DNA of 64,000 bases from Mycobacteriales bacterium (lineage in GTDB: Bacteria; Actinomycetota; Actinomycetes; JAFAQI01). The notes under the pieces were generated by a model that ran no database searches, was not told where the DNA came from, and saw only the letters and a program-made list of their open reading frames with translations. The stretch lies in assembly GCA_035550655.1 (NCBI GenBank), contig DASZOU010000037.1, forward strand, positions 19,159-83,158. Reading direction: 5' to 3'. Position numbers and translations under genes: made by a program. Every line of letters starts with the position of its first letter. The stretch's first letter is position 1. Of this stretch, positions 19,601 to 30,820 are shown piece by piece.

Positions 19601-20845
19601 TCAGCGGGCTGTGGACGTGCGCGGCCGTGCCGCGCCCGGTGCCTTCTTGGCGGCCTTCTTGGCGGCGCCGGCCGGCTTCGCGGCAGCGCGCTTGCGCGGT
19701 GCGGCCTTCTTTGCCGGTGGCGGCGGGTCGCCGCCGAGGCTCTCGATTGCCGGTGCCCCGGTCTCGGGTGGCAGCTGCCCGCCGGAGGCGAGGGACTTGA
19801 CGACGGCGTAGCAGACGGCCACCACCGGCACGGCAAGGACAGCGCCGTAGATGCCTTCGAGCACACCGCCGCCGGCGATCGAAACGGCGACGGCGAGCGG
19901 GTGCAGCTCGACGTAGCGGCCGACGAGGAACGGCTGGAAGACGTGCGCCTCGATCTGGTTGTCGATGACGAGGATCCCGATCAGTACGACGCCGAGCACC
20001 CAGCCCTGGGTCACGAAGGTGACGGCGACGGCGAGGCCACCGAAGAGGAAGGCCCCGATGATCGGCAGGAAGCTGCCCATGAAGACGAGCAGGGCGAGTG
20101 GCGCCACCAGCGGGACGCCCATCGCCGAGAGCGCGATCGCAACGACGACGCCGTGGAAGACCGCGATGATGAACGTCCCGTGGACGAAGCCACCGAGCCG
20201 CTGCCACGCCTGCTGTCCCGCGTCGTGAACGCGATGGCGGCTACTGGCCGGGAACAGGCCGGCGAACCAGTCCCAGATGTTGTGGCCGTCATACAGCATG
20301 AAGAAGGTCATGAAGAACCACAGGACCACCCCGGCCAGCGTCTCCGCGACAGTCGCGATGCCGGACAGCGCCCCTGACGCCACCGCGTTCCGGTGGGCGT
20401 TCAGGTAGTCCGTGATCGTCTTTTCGAGACTGGCGGTCGACGACGACTTCACGTGCAGGTCGACGGTCAGGAAGTGCCGGAACTTGGTCACGGCCGCCTG
20501 GATCTGGCTGACGAGATCGGGGTACTGGCTGACCGCTCGGTCGACGACGAAGATCGCGATGCCGCCGAACACCACCGCGGCGAGGAGCACGGTGAGCCAG
20601 GTCGCCAGCGCTCTCGGCAGGCCGCGCCGGACGAACCACATCACGATCGGATAGCCCAGCGAGGTCGCGAACAGCGCCGCGAAGAACGGCAGGACGACGA
20701 AGTAGATCCGGTCCATGAACCGGATCAGTACGACGACCCCGGCAATGACGATGAGGGTCCGCCACACCCATCCGGCGGCGTCGCGCAACAGCGGCGGCAC
20801 CGGCATCGGCGAGCGGCTGCCCGCGTCGACCGGCCCGGTGCTCAC
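19601..20845 (-). CDS. AI-2E family transporter (PerM/TqsA-like) with Lys/Ala-rich C-terminal tail
   Basis: 414-aa ORF with eight predicted TM helices and the conserved AI-2E topology. The C-terminal 45 aa are a KKAAPRKRAAAKPAGAAKKAAKK histone-like tail. Confidence 0.75.
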   Translation of the reverse strand: MSTGPVDAGSRSPMPVPPLLRDAAGWVWRTLIVIAGVVVLIRFMDRIYFVVLPFFAALFATSLGYPIVMWFVRRGLPRALATWLTVLLAAVVFGGIAIFVVDRAVSQYPDLVSQIQAAVTKFRHFLTVDLHVKSSSTASLEKTITDYLNAHRNAVASGALSGIATVAETLAGVVLWFFMTFFMLYDGHNIWDWFAGLFPASSRHRVHDAGQQAWQRLGGFVHGTFIIAVFHGVVVAIALSAMGVPLVAPLALLVFMGSFLPIIGAFLFGGLAVAVTFVTQGWVLGVVLIGILVIDNQIEAHVFQPFLVGRYVELHPLAVAVSIAGGGVLEGIYGAVLAVPVVAVCYAVVKSLASGGQLPPETGAPAIESLGGDPPPPAKKAAPRKRAAAKPAGAAKKAAKKAPGAARPRTSTAR

Positions 20846-20900
20846 GGCGTCACTTTGACATCGGCCGCGCGCGATTCGGTGGACCCGCGCCGAAGCGCGG

Positions 20901-21290
20901 CTAGCGAACGACGATCGGGTGCCCCGCGGCTTCGGCGAGCATCCGCACCCCGGTCACGATGCCTCCGGCGAGGTCGCCGCCGGCGAAGGACGTCGTCATC
21001 GACAGCGCCGCGAGGGCGCAGGCGCGATCGGACAGGCGGCGCGCCGCCGCATCGCCGGTCACGATCTCCAGCAGCCGGTCACCGGGCGACACGACGATGA
21101 GCACCGTGTCGCTCGCCTGCGCGCCGAAGCTCGCGTGCTTCGCCTCGGCCGCATCACGAATGTCTCCTTCGACGTTGCCCACGAAGACGGAGAACCGCAG
21201 GCCGGTCTCGCTGTTCGCCAGCTCGATGACCCGTTCGATGTCGTTCTGCTGCTCGTTGGTGAAGGCTTCACCACTCGGCACTTGCGCCAC
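20901..21290 (-). CDS. DUF5130-like conserved actinobacterial protein
   Basis: Conserved block FTNEQQNDIERVIELANSETGLRFSVFVGN. The start is uncertain (GTG at 21290 or 21281 chosen to avoid overlap with the upstream gene). Confidence 0.45.
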   Translation of the reverse strand: MAQVPSGEAFTNEQQNDIERVIELANSETGLRFSVFVGNVEGDIRDAAEAKHASFGAQASDTVLIVVSPGDRLLEIVTGDAAARRLSDRACALAALSMTTSFAGGDLAGGIVTGVRMLAEAAGHPIVVR

Positions 21291-21630
21291 CCCGTGCACT
21301 GTCCTTGGCGGCCGCGGCGCCGGCTGTCTCATCCGCCGGAGCACCGATCCACTTGGCCTCGCGGTCCCACGGCTTCCCGGGGCGGTAGCGCGGCCGGCTC
21401 AGGGTCGACGGCAGCACCGACAACGCCGCGATCACGAGAAACGCCCCGACCGGGATCACGACGTAGTACAGGATCGTGAGGCCGGCGCCCAGCGATGGGC
21501 CTGGGCGAGCTCCGTCGTCGCGGTGCAGGGCAAGCGCGGGTGCGGCTGCGGTCAGGACGGGCAGGGCCGCAGCGATGGCGATCGTGGCGAGCCGGGCGGC
21601 AGCCCGCCGGCCAGGTTGGCGGTTCCTCAC
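21268..21630 (-). CDS. small membrane protein (hypothetical)
   Basis: 120-aa ORF with a signal/TM helix and a second TM helix (LTILYYVVIPVGAFLVIAALSVL). No family recognised. Confidence 0.4.
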   Translation of the reverse strand: MRNRQPGRRAAARLATIAIAAALPVLTAAAPALALHRDDGARPGPSLGAGLTILYYVVIPVGAFLVIAALSVLPSTLSRPRYRPGKPWDREAKWIGAPADETAGAAAAKDSARGGASAEW

Positions 21631-21658
21631 GACGTGAAACTTATCCGACCGGCTCCCG

Positions 21659-23071
21659 CTACCAGCACGACGGTCGGCGCTGCGCCCAGGGCGCGGCCGC
21701 CTCGAGCTGCGCCGACAACGACAGCAGCGTCACCTCGTCGTACGGCCGGCCGATCAGCTGCACCCCGATCGGCAGCCCGTCGGCGGTCCAGTGCAGTGGC
21801 ACCGAGACGGCTGGCTGCCCCGACATGTTGTACGGCGCCGTGAACGGGGTGAACCGCTTCTGCGCGTCGAAGTCCGCTGCCGGGTCGTCATCGTCGCGCA
21901 AGCCACCCACCAGCGCCGGAGGTTGGGCAAGCGTCGGCGTGAGGATCGCGTCGTACCGCGCGGACGCGGTCAGCTCGGTCCGCGCGGCGCGGCGCAGCGT
22001 GGCCAGCGCCGCGTAGACCTGCTGCCCTGAAGCCGTGCGGCCGCGATCCCGGATCCATCGCGTCAACGGGCGCGTCTTCGGCTCGTCGTCCGAGCTGATC
22101 GGAAGGTTGAGGAACTCGGCTGACCACACCGTCTCGAAGGCAGGCACCAGATCGGCCGTGAAGGTGGGTGAGTAGTCGAACACGTAATGACCGAGATCGG
22201 ACAGCAGCTCGCTCGCCGCTTCGTACGCCGCCATGCATTCCGGGTGCACCGGCGCGTCGGCGATCACCGGCGTCGCGAACCGCCCGATGTTCATCCGGCC
22301 CGGCGAGGCGTCACAGGACGAAAGGAAGCTCTGCGGCGGGGGTGGCGCCCACTGCCAGTCGCCGGGCGCCGGCCCGGCCATCGCATCGAGCAGCGCCGCG
22401 GCGTCGCGGACGGTTCGGGCGAGCGGCCCGTTCACGGCGAGCCCGCTGATCTCCGGCGAGACCGGTGCGTTGGAGACGCGGCCACGCGACGGCTTGATGC
22501 CGAACAGCCCGCAGACGCTGGCGGGGATCCGGATCGACCCGCCACCGTCACTGCCCTGCGCCGCCGGCACGAGCCCCGCGGCAACGGCTGCGGCCGCTCC
22601 CCCGCTCGAGCCACCGGCCGACCGCGCGAGGTCCCACGGCGTGCGGGCGGGTGGCGCGACGTCGGGCTCCGTGTAGCAGGGAAGCCCGAACTCCGGCGTG
22701 TTCGTCTTGCCGAGGCTGATCAGGCCGGCCGCCTTCAGCTTCGCCGTGACGGCGTCGTCGATGCCGAGGTCAGCCGCCGGCCAGGCGGACGTCCCGAATG
22801 TGGTCGGGACGCCTGCGACCAGGTTGAGGTCCTTGATGGCGGTCGGCACGCCGTACAGCTCCGGCAGGCCAGAACCGTCGCCGACCTGGTCGGCTGCCGC
22901 CTTCGCCGCGTCGAGCGCAAGGTCGGCTGTGACCGTCACGAAGGCCCCGACACGGTCGCTGAGCCGGTCGATCCGGGCCAGGTAGTGCTCCACCAGCTCG
23001 ACCGGTGACACCGACTTGTCGCGCACCGCGGCGGCCTGCTCGAGCAGCGTCAGGTCGTGCAGCTCGCCCAC
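21659..23071 (-). CDS. amidase (amidase-signature family)
   Basis: Start trimmed to GTG (VGELHDLTLLEQAAAVRD), about 8 nt after the upstream stop. AS-family blocks GGSSGG and GSDGGGSIRIPA are present. Confidence 0.8.
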   Translation of the reverse strand: MGELHDLTLLEQAAAVRDKSVSPVELVEHYLARIDRLSDRVGAFVTVTADLALDAAKAAADQVGDGSGLPELYGVPTAIKDLNLVAGVPTTFGTSAWPAADLGIDDAVTAKLKAAGLISLGKTNTPEFGLPCYTEPDVAPPARTPWDLARSAGGSSGGAAAAVAAGLVPAAQGSDGGGSIRIPASVCGLFGIKPSRGRVSNAPVSPEISGLAVNGPLARTVRDAAALLDAMAGPAPGDWQWAPPPPQSFLSSCDASPGRMNIGRFATPVIADAPVHPECMAAYEAASELLSDLGHYVFDYSPTFTADLVPAFETVWSAEFLNLPISSDDEPKTRPLTRWIRDRGRTASGQQVYAALATLRRAARTELTASARYDAILTPTLAQPPALVGGLRDDDDPAADFDAQKRFTPFTAPYNMSGQPAVSVPLHWTADGLPIGVQLIGRPYDEVTLLSLSAQLEAAAPWAQRRPSCW

Positions 23072-23078
23072 GTCGGGC

Positions 23079-23711
23079 TCACCCGCCGGTACCAGGCGCC
23101 ACGGGCAGGACGACTGACCGGCCCGCCTCGGTGGTGCACACCTGCGCGGACTCGGCAAGCTGGACGGAGCGCTTCTCACCCGGTGGATACACCCGCAAGA
23201 AGGCTGCGCTCGCCACCTTGCAGTCTGCGGCGCTGAAGTTGCCCGGCTCCGGGATCTGCAGCTGAGCGTTCGCTGCACTTCCAGGAGCGAGAGTGACAAT
23301 CGCCTTTTCGCCGCCGCGCTCGTCGGCAGGCTGGCCGAGCTGATGCCCGCCCGAGTCGAGAAAGGAGACACCCGGATAGCCGAACAGCGTGCACGGCCGG
23401 GAGCTGTCGTTGGTGAAGACGATCGGGATGATCGTCGAACCGGCGGCGCCCTGACCTTGCCCGACGGTGACCTTCAGCGCGCCGATGCCGCAGCCGTGTG
23501 ACGCCTGGACCGTGCTCGAGAACGAGGGCGTCGGTGTCGGCGACTCGCTCGGCGACGGCGAGGCGGACGCGGAAGCGGATGTGGTCGGGCTCGCCGTGGT
23601 GGGCGGCGATGTCGCCGCGGTGTTGTCACCGCCGCCGGAGGAGCCGTTGCTGCACCCGGCCGCGGCCAAGGCCGCGACGGCGAGCGAGGCGAGGCGAACG
23701 CGTGCCGTCAT
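23079..23711 (-). CDS. DUF4232-like lipoprotein
   Basis: Lipobox LAAAGCS followed by a Ser/Thr/Pro linker. The C-terminal domain has two Cys residues, consistent with the DUF4232 pattern. Confidence 0.55.
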   Translation of the reverse strand: MTARVRLASLAVAALAAAGCSNGSSGGGDNTAATSPPTTASPTTSASASASPSPSESPTPTPSFSSTVQASHGCGIGALKVTVGQGQGAAGSTIIPIVFTNDSSRPCTLFGYPGVSFLDSGGHQLGQPADERGGEKAIVTLAPGSAANAQLQIPEPGNFSAADCKVASAAFLRVYPPGEKRSVQLAESAQVCTTEAGRSVVLPVAPGTGG

Positions 23712-23735
23712 GACACGGACCCTAGTGCCGCGCGA

Positions 23736-24260
23736 TCAAGCGCTTGCAGCCTCGGCCTCGTCGGCCGTCTCCTCACCGAGATACGGCCGCCACTGCGGCG
23801 CCATCCGGCCGGTGCCGAGGACCCGCCAGGCGACGCCGGTCGGCGCGACCGGCTGGCGTGGCATCCGCCAACCGAGCTCCGAGATCGCCCGATCGGCCTT
23901 GGCATGGTTGCACCGCCGGCAACACGACACGACGTTCTCCCAGACGTGTCCGCCGCCGCGGCTGCGGGGAATGACGTGGTCGATGCTCGTGGCCGGCGCG
24001 AGGCAGTAGACGCAGCGCCCACCGTCGCGGGCGAAGACGGCCCGGCGCGTCAGCGGTACCGCACCGCGGTACGGCACCCGCACGAACCGGCCGAGCCGGA
24101 CCACGAGCGGGACCCGCAACGAGATGCGCTCGCTGTGCAGCTCGTCCTCGGCGGACTCGACCGCGACGGCCTTGCCGGTGAGGACCAGGACGACGGCTCG
24201 GCGCTGCGTCACGACGCACAGCGGCTCGTACGTCGCGTTGAGCACGAGTGCGTGAGCCAC
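23736..24260 (-). CDS. HNH endonuclease
   Basis: [21 protein letters not shown]...CCRRCNHAK matches the HNH motif with a C4 zinc finger. Small (174 aa) stand-alone gene. Confidence 0.75.
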   Translation of the reverse strand: MAHALVLNATYEPLCVVTQRRAVVLVLTGKAVAVESAEDELHSERISLRVPLVVRLGRFVRVPYRGAVPLTRRAVFARDGGRCVYCLAPATSIDHVIPRSRGGGHVWENVVSCCRRCNHAKADRAISELGWRMPRQPVAPTGVAWRVLGTGRMAPQWRPYLGEETADEAEAASA

Positions 24261-24325
24261 TGCCGCCTCCTCGGTTGTCGTCAGCGTACCCAGCGACCGG
24301 CGTGCTCGCGCCGTACTTTGGAGGC

Positions 24326-24742
24326 ATGGAACGGCCAGGCCCCCAACCGATCTCGATCGAGGGCATCGATTCAGCGGCGACCTTCTACGACGCGGTCGGC
24401 GGCCACGAGACGTTCGAGCGGTTGGTCAGCGGCTTCTACGCGCGCGTCGCGAACGACCCCGTCCTCGTTGCGATCTATCCCGATCACGACTGGGCGGGCG
24501 CAGCTGAGCGGCTGATGTTGTTCCTCGAGCAGTACTGGGGCGGGCCGCGCACCTACTCCGAGACCCGCGGGCATCCGCGGCTGCGAGCCCGCCACGCGGA
24601 GTTCCGGATCGATGTCGAGGCTCGCGACCACTGGCTGACCCACATGCGTGCAGCGCTCGACGACCTGTCGCTGCCGAAGGAAGCCGACGAGACCCTGTGG
24701 TCCTACCTGACCCTCGGTGCCGACATCCTCGTCAACTCGTAG
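24326..24742 (+). CDS. glbO: group II truncated haemoglobin
   Basis: Start trimmed to [41 protein letters not shown] and the proximal His region are typical of trHbO. Confidence 0.8.
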   Translation: MERPGPQPISIEGIDSAATFYDAVGGHETFERLVSGFYARVANDPVLVAIYPDHDWAGAAERLMLFLEQYWGGPRTYSETRGHPRLRARHAEFRIDVEARDHWLTHMRAALDDLSLPKEADETLWSYLTLGADILVNS

Positions 24743-25577
24743 CGGCGGTCGGCTTCGACGCGATCAGCACGAGCCCGAAGTGTTTCAGGGCGAGATTGAC
24801 CGGGGTGAAGTAGAACGGGCACTGCCCGGGCTTGACCTGCCCTCCCGACAGGATCCCGACCGCGTACGCCTCGCCGTCCTCGACCGTGTAGACCGGCGAG
24901 CCCGAGTCACCCTTTCGTGAGGTGCACGGGCCGCCGCTGTCGGACTTGGCCTGCCACTCGTTCCCGATCGCGACGTGGGAGCCGCTGGACTTGAAGTTCA
25001 CGGTGTGCGGCCCGAAACCGACGATGGTGAAGCCGCAGTGCTCGCCGGTGGCGGCACCGGAGTAGCAAACCGGCATGTCCTGCGCCGGGGCCTTGACCCC
25101 GACGACCGGAATCGCGGAGCGCGAGGTCTTGCCACCGACGAACACCAACGGCCGGGCGCTTCGGCGCGCAACGAGGGCGACGAACGCGCTGTCCCCGTCG
25201 GGGCCGAGGACGAACCTGTGGCCGCTGACCTTGCCGAGCAGGTCACCCGGGGCGGTGCCGTCGTTGGGCAGGCTCTTGGTCTGGTGGACGAGGTACGCCG
25301 GGCCACCGGCGATCGTCGCCACGCAGTGTCCCGCGGTGAGCGCCCCGTCCTTGCCGGTCCGCACTGACCGCACCGAGAAGGCCAGCGTGCATCCGTTGCC
25401 GTTGTTCTCGGACCCGTGGCTGCTCCAGACGAACACGCTGGCGCCCGCGATCGCCTGATCGCTGCTCCGGCTCTGCCGGCTCGCTGCCGTCGCTGCATGC
25501 GATCCGGCGCTCGCGGCCGCAGTCACGGGCAGCGCCACGACCACCGCAACCATTGCGGCGAGGACTCGACCTCTCAC
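24732..25577 (-). CDS. S1 family (chymotrypsin/streptogrisin-like) secreted serine peptidase
   Basis: Start trimmed to a GTG overlapping the tam stop (GTGA), or an ATG 21 nt downstream, giving a signal peptide. Catalytic TAGHC (His) and GDSGSP (Ser) blocks are present. Confidence 0.7.
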   Translation of the reverse strand: MRGRVLAAMVAVVVALPVTAAASAGSHAATAASRQSRSSDQAIAGASVFVWSSHGSENNGNGCTLAFSVRSVRTGKDGALTAGHCVATIAGGPAYLVHQTKSLPNDGTAPGDLLGKVSGHRFVLGPDGDSAFVALVARRSARPLVFVGGKTSRSAIPVVGVKAPAQDMPVCYSGAATGEHCGFTIVGFGPHTVNFKSSGSHVAIGNEWQAKSDSGGPCTSRKGDSGSPVYTVEDGEAYAVGILSGGQVKPGQCPFYFTPVNLALKHFGLVLIASKPTAATS

Positions 25578-26400
25578 GCGGCGTCCCTCGCCTGCCCGAC
25601 CGCGAACGTCCGGCGGAACGGGAAGACCGTCGTACCGTCCGGGCCGGCCGGGTACGCCGTGCGCAGGCCTGCCGCGCACGCCGCCAGGAACTCCGCCGTG
25701 GCGTCCGGATCGTCGGCCAGCGCCGTGAGCACCGGACGCAGCGCGGTGCCCTTGACCCACTCCAGCACGGGGTCGGCTCCTGTCAGCCGGTGGAGGTAGG
25801 TGGTCTGCCACACGTCCGGCAGGAGACCCGCCGCGGTCATCGCCTCGAGATAGGCCTCCGGGGACTCGACCGCGGCTTGCCGGTCGGCGTCGTCGCCAAG
25901 CCGATCACGCCAACGCGGGGACTCACGCAGCTCACGGATCACCGTGTGCGACGGAGAATCGAAGTTGGCCGGAACCTGGAAGGCGAACACCCCGTGCGGC
26001 GCCAGCCAGCCCGCGATCGTCCTGATCAGGTCGACATGGCCGGGCACCCACTGCAGGACCGCGTTCGCCACCACCACATCCGGCGCCGCGTCGCGCTCGG
26101 AGCTGGGCAGCCAGGACCGCAAATCGGCGCACACGTACGTCAAACGAGCGAAAGTGGCCCCGGATTCGGCTTCGGCAATCATCTGCGCGGAGCTGTCCAC
26201 CCCGACGACATCGGCATCCGGCCAGCGTCGGGCGAGCGTCTGCGTGAGAGTTCCCGGCCCGCAGCCCAGATCGACCACGTACGCCGGCTCGCTGGCCGGA
26301 ACCCTGGCGAGCAGGTCGAAGAACGGCCGCGAGCGCTCGTCGGCGTACCTCAGGTACTGGCCCGGGTCCCAGCCCGGGGCGGGCGCGGTCGCCGAAGCCA

Positions 26401-26401
<1 letters not shown>
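25574..26401 (-). CDS. tam: trans-aconitate 2-methyltransferase
   Basis: 275-aa ORF with SAM-binding VVDLGCGPG and Tam-specific C-terminal blocks. Its start overlaps the ettA stop (TAGTG). Confidence 0.8.
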
Positions 26402-28077
<1,676 letters not shown>

Positions 28078-28129
28078 GTCCACCTCCCCACTCCCACCGA
28101 AAAGCGGAGCCGGCGCAGCCGGCACTGAC

Positions 28130-28636
28130 GTGTCTAGGCTACGGATCGTGAGCGCACGATCGCGCCTGAGCAGCGCCTTCGACGGCCTTGGTGCCCACAC
28201 CGGCATCGCGACAGCGCTTGTCGTCTTCGCCCTGCTCGGGTTCTTGCTCATCATCCAGTCCAAGCAGGACACGTTGCTCTGGACCGGCCGCCACGCCGTG
28301 GGCTCGGAGACGAACGGCCTAGTCAGCTTCGCTGTCCACGGCCAGCGCTACACGTTCGTCCCCAACCCGAACACCAGCGACAACCGCTCTCGCGTCGACG
28401 TCTACTACGACAAGGCCGATCCGTTCACCGCTCGCCTGGACTCCACCTGGAGCCGGGCGCTGGACGCCGCGTTCGTCGGCTTCCCGCTGCTGCTTGCCGG
28501 CGGCGTGCTGGGGCTCGGCGCGTGGCGGCGGGCCCGCCGTCGTACGGTGCCGGCCCGCGCCGACGACGCCTTCGGCACGGGCCTCGACCCTGACTTCGTC
28601 CGCCGACAGCTCGACCAGCTCAGGCGGCCGCGGTAG
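28130..28636 (+). CDS. hypothetical membrane protein
   Basis: 168-aa ORF with two TM helices flanking a beta-rich middle segment. No family recognised; the start is uncertain. Confidence 0.4.
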   Translation: MSRLRIVSARSRLSSAFDGLGAHTGIATALVVFALLGFLLIIQSKQDTLLWTGRHAVGSETNGLVSFAVHGQRYTFVPNPNTSDNRSRVDVYYDKADPFTARLDSTWSRALDAAFVGFPLLLAGGVLGLGAWRRARRRTVPARADDAFGTGLDPDFVRRQLDQLRRPR

Positions 28637-29051
28637 CGGGTTCCGCCGCCTCGGCCGGCTCCGGCACGTCGACGGCCGCCTCGACGTCCTGGCGCTGAGG
28701 ACGCCGGAGATCGACCGCCCAGCGGTTGAGATCGGGCCCGACCGCGACAGCCTCGATCTCGTGGACGCGCTGCTTCGCACCGTTGGTGTCGTCGTACTCG
28801 CGAAAGAGCAGCTTGCCGAGCACGACGACGCTGTCGCCCTTGCGGAGGCTTGCCAGGACGTTGGCGGCAAGTCCGCGCCAGCAGGACACGCCGATGTACA
28901 TGGGATCCCCGTCCTTGAACCCGCCGCTCTCCCGATCGAAGCGGCGGGGGTTCGAGGCGACCCGGAGCCGGACCAGAGTGGCGCCGTTGGCGGTGGTCCG
29001 AGGATCGGGGTCGGCAGTCAGGTTCCCCTGCACCGTGATGTACGTCTCCAT
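28620..29051 (-). CDS. ssb: single-stranded DNA-binding protein
   Basis: Start trimmed to METYITVQGNLTADPDPRTTANGATLVRLRVASNPRRFD (OB fold). The acidic C-terminal tail is weakly conserved, suggesting a secondary SSB. Confidence 0.75.
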   Translation of the reverse strand: METYITVQGNLTADPDPRTTANGATLVRLRVASNPRRFDRESGGFKDGDPMYIGVSCWRGLAANVLASLRKGDSVVVLGKLLFREYDDTNGAKQRVHEIEAVAVGPDLNRWAVDLRRPQRQDVEAAVDVPEPAEAAEPATAAA

Positions 29052-29195
29052 CGGCTTCCCTTCTCGTAGGCCGGCACCCGCCGGTCGCATCACCGTGCGG
29101 ATGCCCGCCGACGGCGCCGCCCGAGGCGACATCACCCTGTGCACGAGGCGCCCCGCCGCGGCGCCTGTGCAAGCCGATGTGGCAGCGTTCAGCGC

Positions 29196-29960
29196 ATGCC
29201 AGATCTGGACTTCGAGGGGCGCGCGGCGATCGTCACCGGCGGCACCCGCGGTATCGGCTTAGGCATCGCGGCCGAGCTGGTCGAGCGCGGCGCCTCGGTG
29301 TGCATCACGGCGCGCAAGCCCGACGAGCTCGAGGCGGCGATCGCCCAGCTCGACCCCGATGGCGCCGGGCGCGCGATCGCCGCTCGGGGCAGCGCCGACG
29401 ACGCGGCGCACCAGCAGGCCGCCGTCGACGCGACGATGGCCGCCTTCGGGCGGATCGACTACGTGGTCAACAACGCGGCCGTCAACCCGGTCTTCGGGCC
29501 GATGGTCGACTACGACCTCGCCGCCGTACGCAAGATCTTCGAGGTCAACGTCGTCGCGGGCCTCGCCTGGACCCAGCTCGCCTGGCGTGCCTGGCTGAAG
29601 GACAACGGCGGCGCGATCCTCAATGTCGCGTCCATCGGTGGCCTGCGGGCGGGGCCGTTCCTCGGCGCCTACAACGCGAGCAAGGCAGCGCTGATCCACA
29701 TGACGCGCCAGCTCGCGCAGGAGCTGAGCCCGGGAGTCCGCGTGAACGGCATCGCCCCGGCGGTGGTCAAGACGCAGTTCGCTCGAGCTCTCTATGAGAA
29801 GGACGAGGCGGCGGCCGCGGCGCGCTACCCGCTGCAGCGCCTCGGTACACCCACGGACACCGCGAAGCTCGCGGCCTTCCTGCTGTCCGACGACGCCTCC
29901 TGGATAACCGGGCAGACAGTGGCGATCGACGGCGGCATCATGACCGCCGGAGGTGTGTAG
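29196..29960 (+). CDS. SDR family oxidoreductase
   Basis: Start trimmed to MPDLDFEGRAAIVTGGTRGIGLGIA (TGxxxGxG). The catalytic YxxxK (YNASKAA) is present. Confidence 0.8.
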   Translation: MPDLDFEGRAAIVTGGTRGIGLGIAAELVERGASVCITARKPDELEAAIAQLDPDGAGRAIAARGSADDAAHQQAAVDATMAAFGRIDYVVNNAAVNPVFGPMVDYDLAAVRKIFEVNVVAGLAWTQLAWRAWLKDNGGAILNVASIGGLRAGPFLGAYNASKAALIHMTRQLAQELSPGVRVNGIAPAVVKTQFARALYEKDEAAAAARYPLQRLGTPTDTAKLAAFLLSDDASWITGQTVAIDGGIMTAGGV

Positions 29961-30692
29961 ATGAGCGACCGGGTTGCCCTCGTCACCGGCTCGACGTCGG
30001 GGATCGGGAAGGCCGTTGTCGAGCGCTTCGTCCGCGACGGCCTGCAGGTCGTGGTCAACTCGGCGAAGTCGATCGATGCCGGCCAGGCGATGGTGGCTGA
30101 GCTCGGGGCGGATCGCACACACTACGTGCAGGGCGACATCGCCGAGGCTGCCGACGCGCAACGGATCGTCGACGAGACGATCGCGAAGTTCGGCCGGCTC
30201 GACGTACTCGTCAACAACGCGGGGACGACCCAGCGGATCCCGCACGACGACTTCGCCACCGCGTCACCGGACGTCTTCCGGCGGCTGTACGACGTCAACG
30301 TCGTCGGGACCTGGCAGACAACGGTCGCGGCGATCCCTCACCTTAAGGAGTCGGGCGCCGGCTGCATCGTGAACGTCACCTCGCTCGCCGGCGTCCGCCC
30401 GACGGGATCCTCCATCCCCTATGCAGTCAGCAAGGCGGCGATGAACCACCTGACGCTGCTGCTCGCCAACACGCTCGCGCCGACGGTTCGCGTCAACGCC
30501 GTAGCGCCGGGGCTGGTCGACACTCCGTGGACGGCGGAGTGGACCGACCTGCACGAGGCGATCAAGTTCATGGCGCCGATGGGCCGGGCCGCGCAGCCGG
30601 ACGACATCGCCGAAGTGGTCGCGACGCTGACCGACTCGACGTACGTCACGGGCCAGGTCTGGGTGATCGACGGCGGCCTCGCCCTCCGTTGA
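29961..30692 (+). CDS. SDR family oxidoreductase
   Basis: MSDRVALVTGSTSGIGKAV and YAVSKAA motifs. It is tandem to the previous SDR. Confidence 0.85.
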   Translation: MSDRVALVTGSTSGIGKAVVERFVRDGLQVVVNSAKSIDAGQAMVAELGADRTHYVQGDIAEAADAQRIVDETIAKFGRLDVLVNNAGTTQRIPHDDFATASPDVFRRLYDVNVVGTWQTTVAAIPHLKESGAGCIVNVTSLAGVRPTGSSIPYAVSKAAMNHLTLLLANTLAPTVRVNAVAPGLVDTPWTAEWTDLHEAIKFMAPMGRAAQPDDIAEVVATLTDSTYVTGQVWVIDGGLALR

Positions 30693-30729
30693 CGGGCTGG
30701 AGCGGCACCTCTCGAGCGTTGGTGCGTGC

Positions 30730-30802
30730 CAAGCAATGTGGCATTGCCCCAGTGATTTCCTCGAAATCTGAGGGAACTGGTCATGCAATGCCACATTGCT
30801 TG
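30730..30802. promoter_or_regulatory. AT-rich nested palindrome: 18-bp perfect inverted repeat around an inner hairpin; candidate bidirectional terminator or operator pair
   Basis: CAAGCAATGTGGCATTGC at 30730..30747 is the exact reverse complement of 30785..30802. Each arm is itself palindromic (GCAATG-NNN-CATTGC). The spacer contains the palindrome GATTTCCTCGAAATC and flanking CCAGT/ACTGG. The site lies between the convergent SDR and phosphotransferase genes. Confidence 0.6.
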
Positions 30803-30820
30803 CGCGATCGGTAGCGCCCG

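Noticed and set aside
21659-23371. Full 570-aa amidase ORF as listed
   Set aside because: The first approximately 100 codons overlap the upstream DUF4232 lipoprotein gene and are Ser/Arg/Pro-rich. The amidase-signature alignment begins near VGELHDLTLLEQ, so the start was trimmed.
23736-24260. HNH endonuclease as part of a restriction-modification or defence system
   Set aside because: No methyltransferase, ATPase or other defence partner is adjacent. Small stand-alone HNH proteins are common chromosomal genes in actinobacteria.
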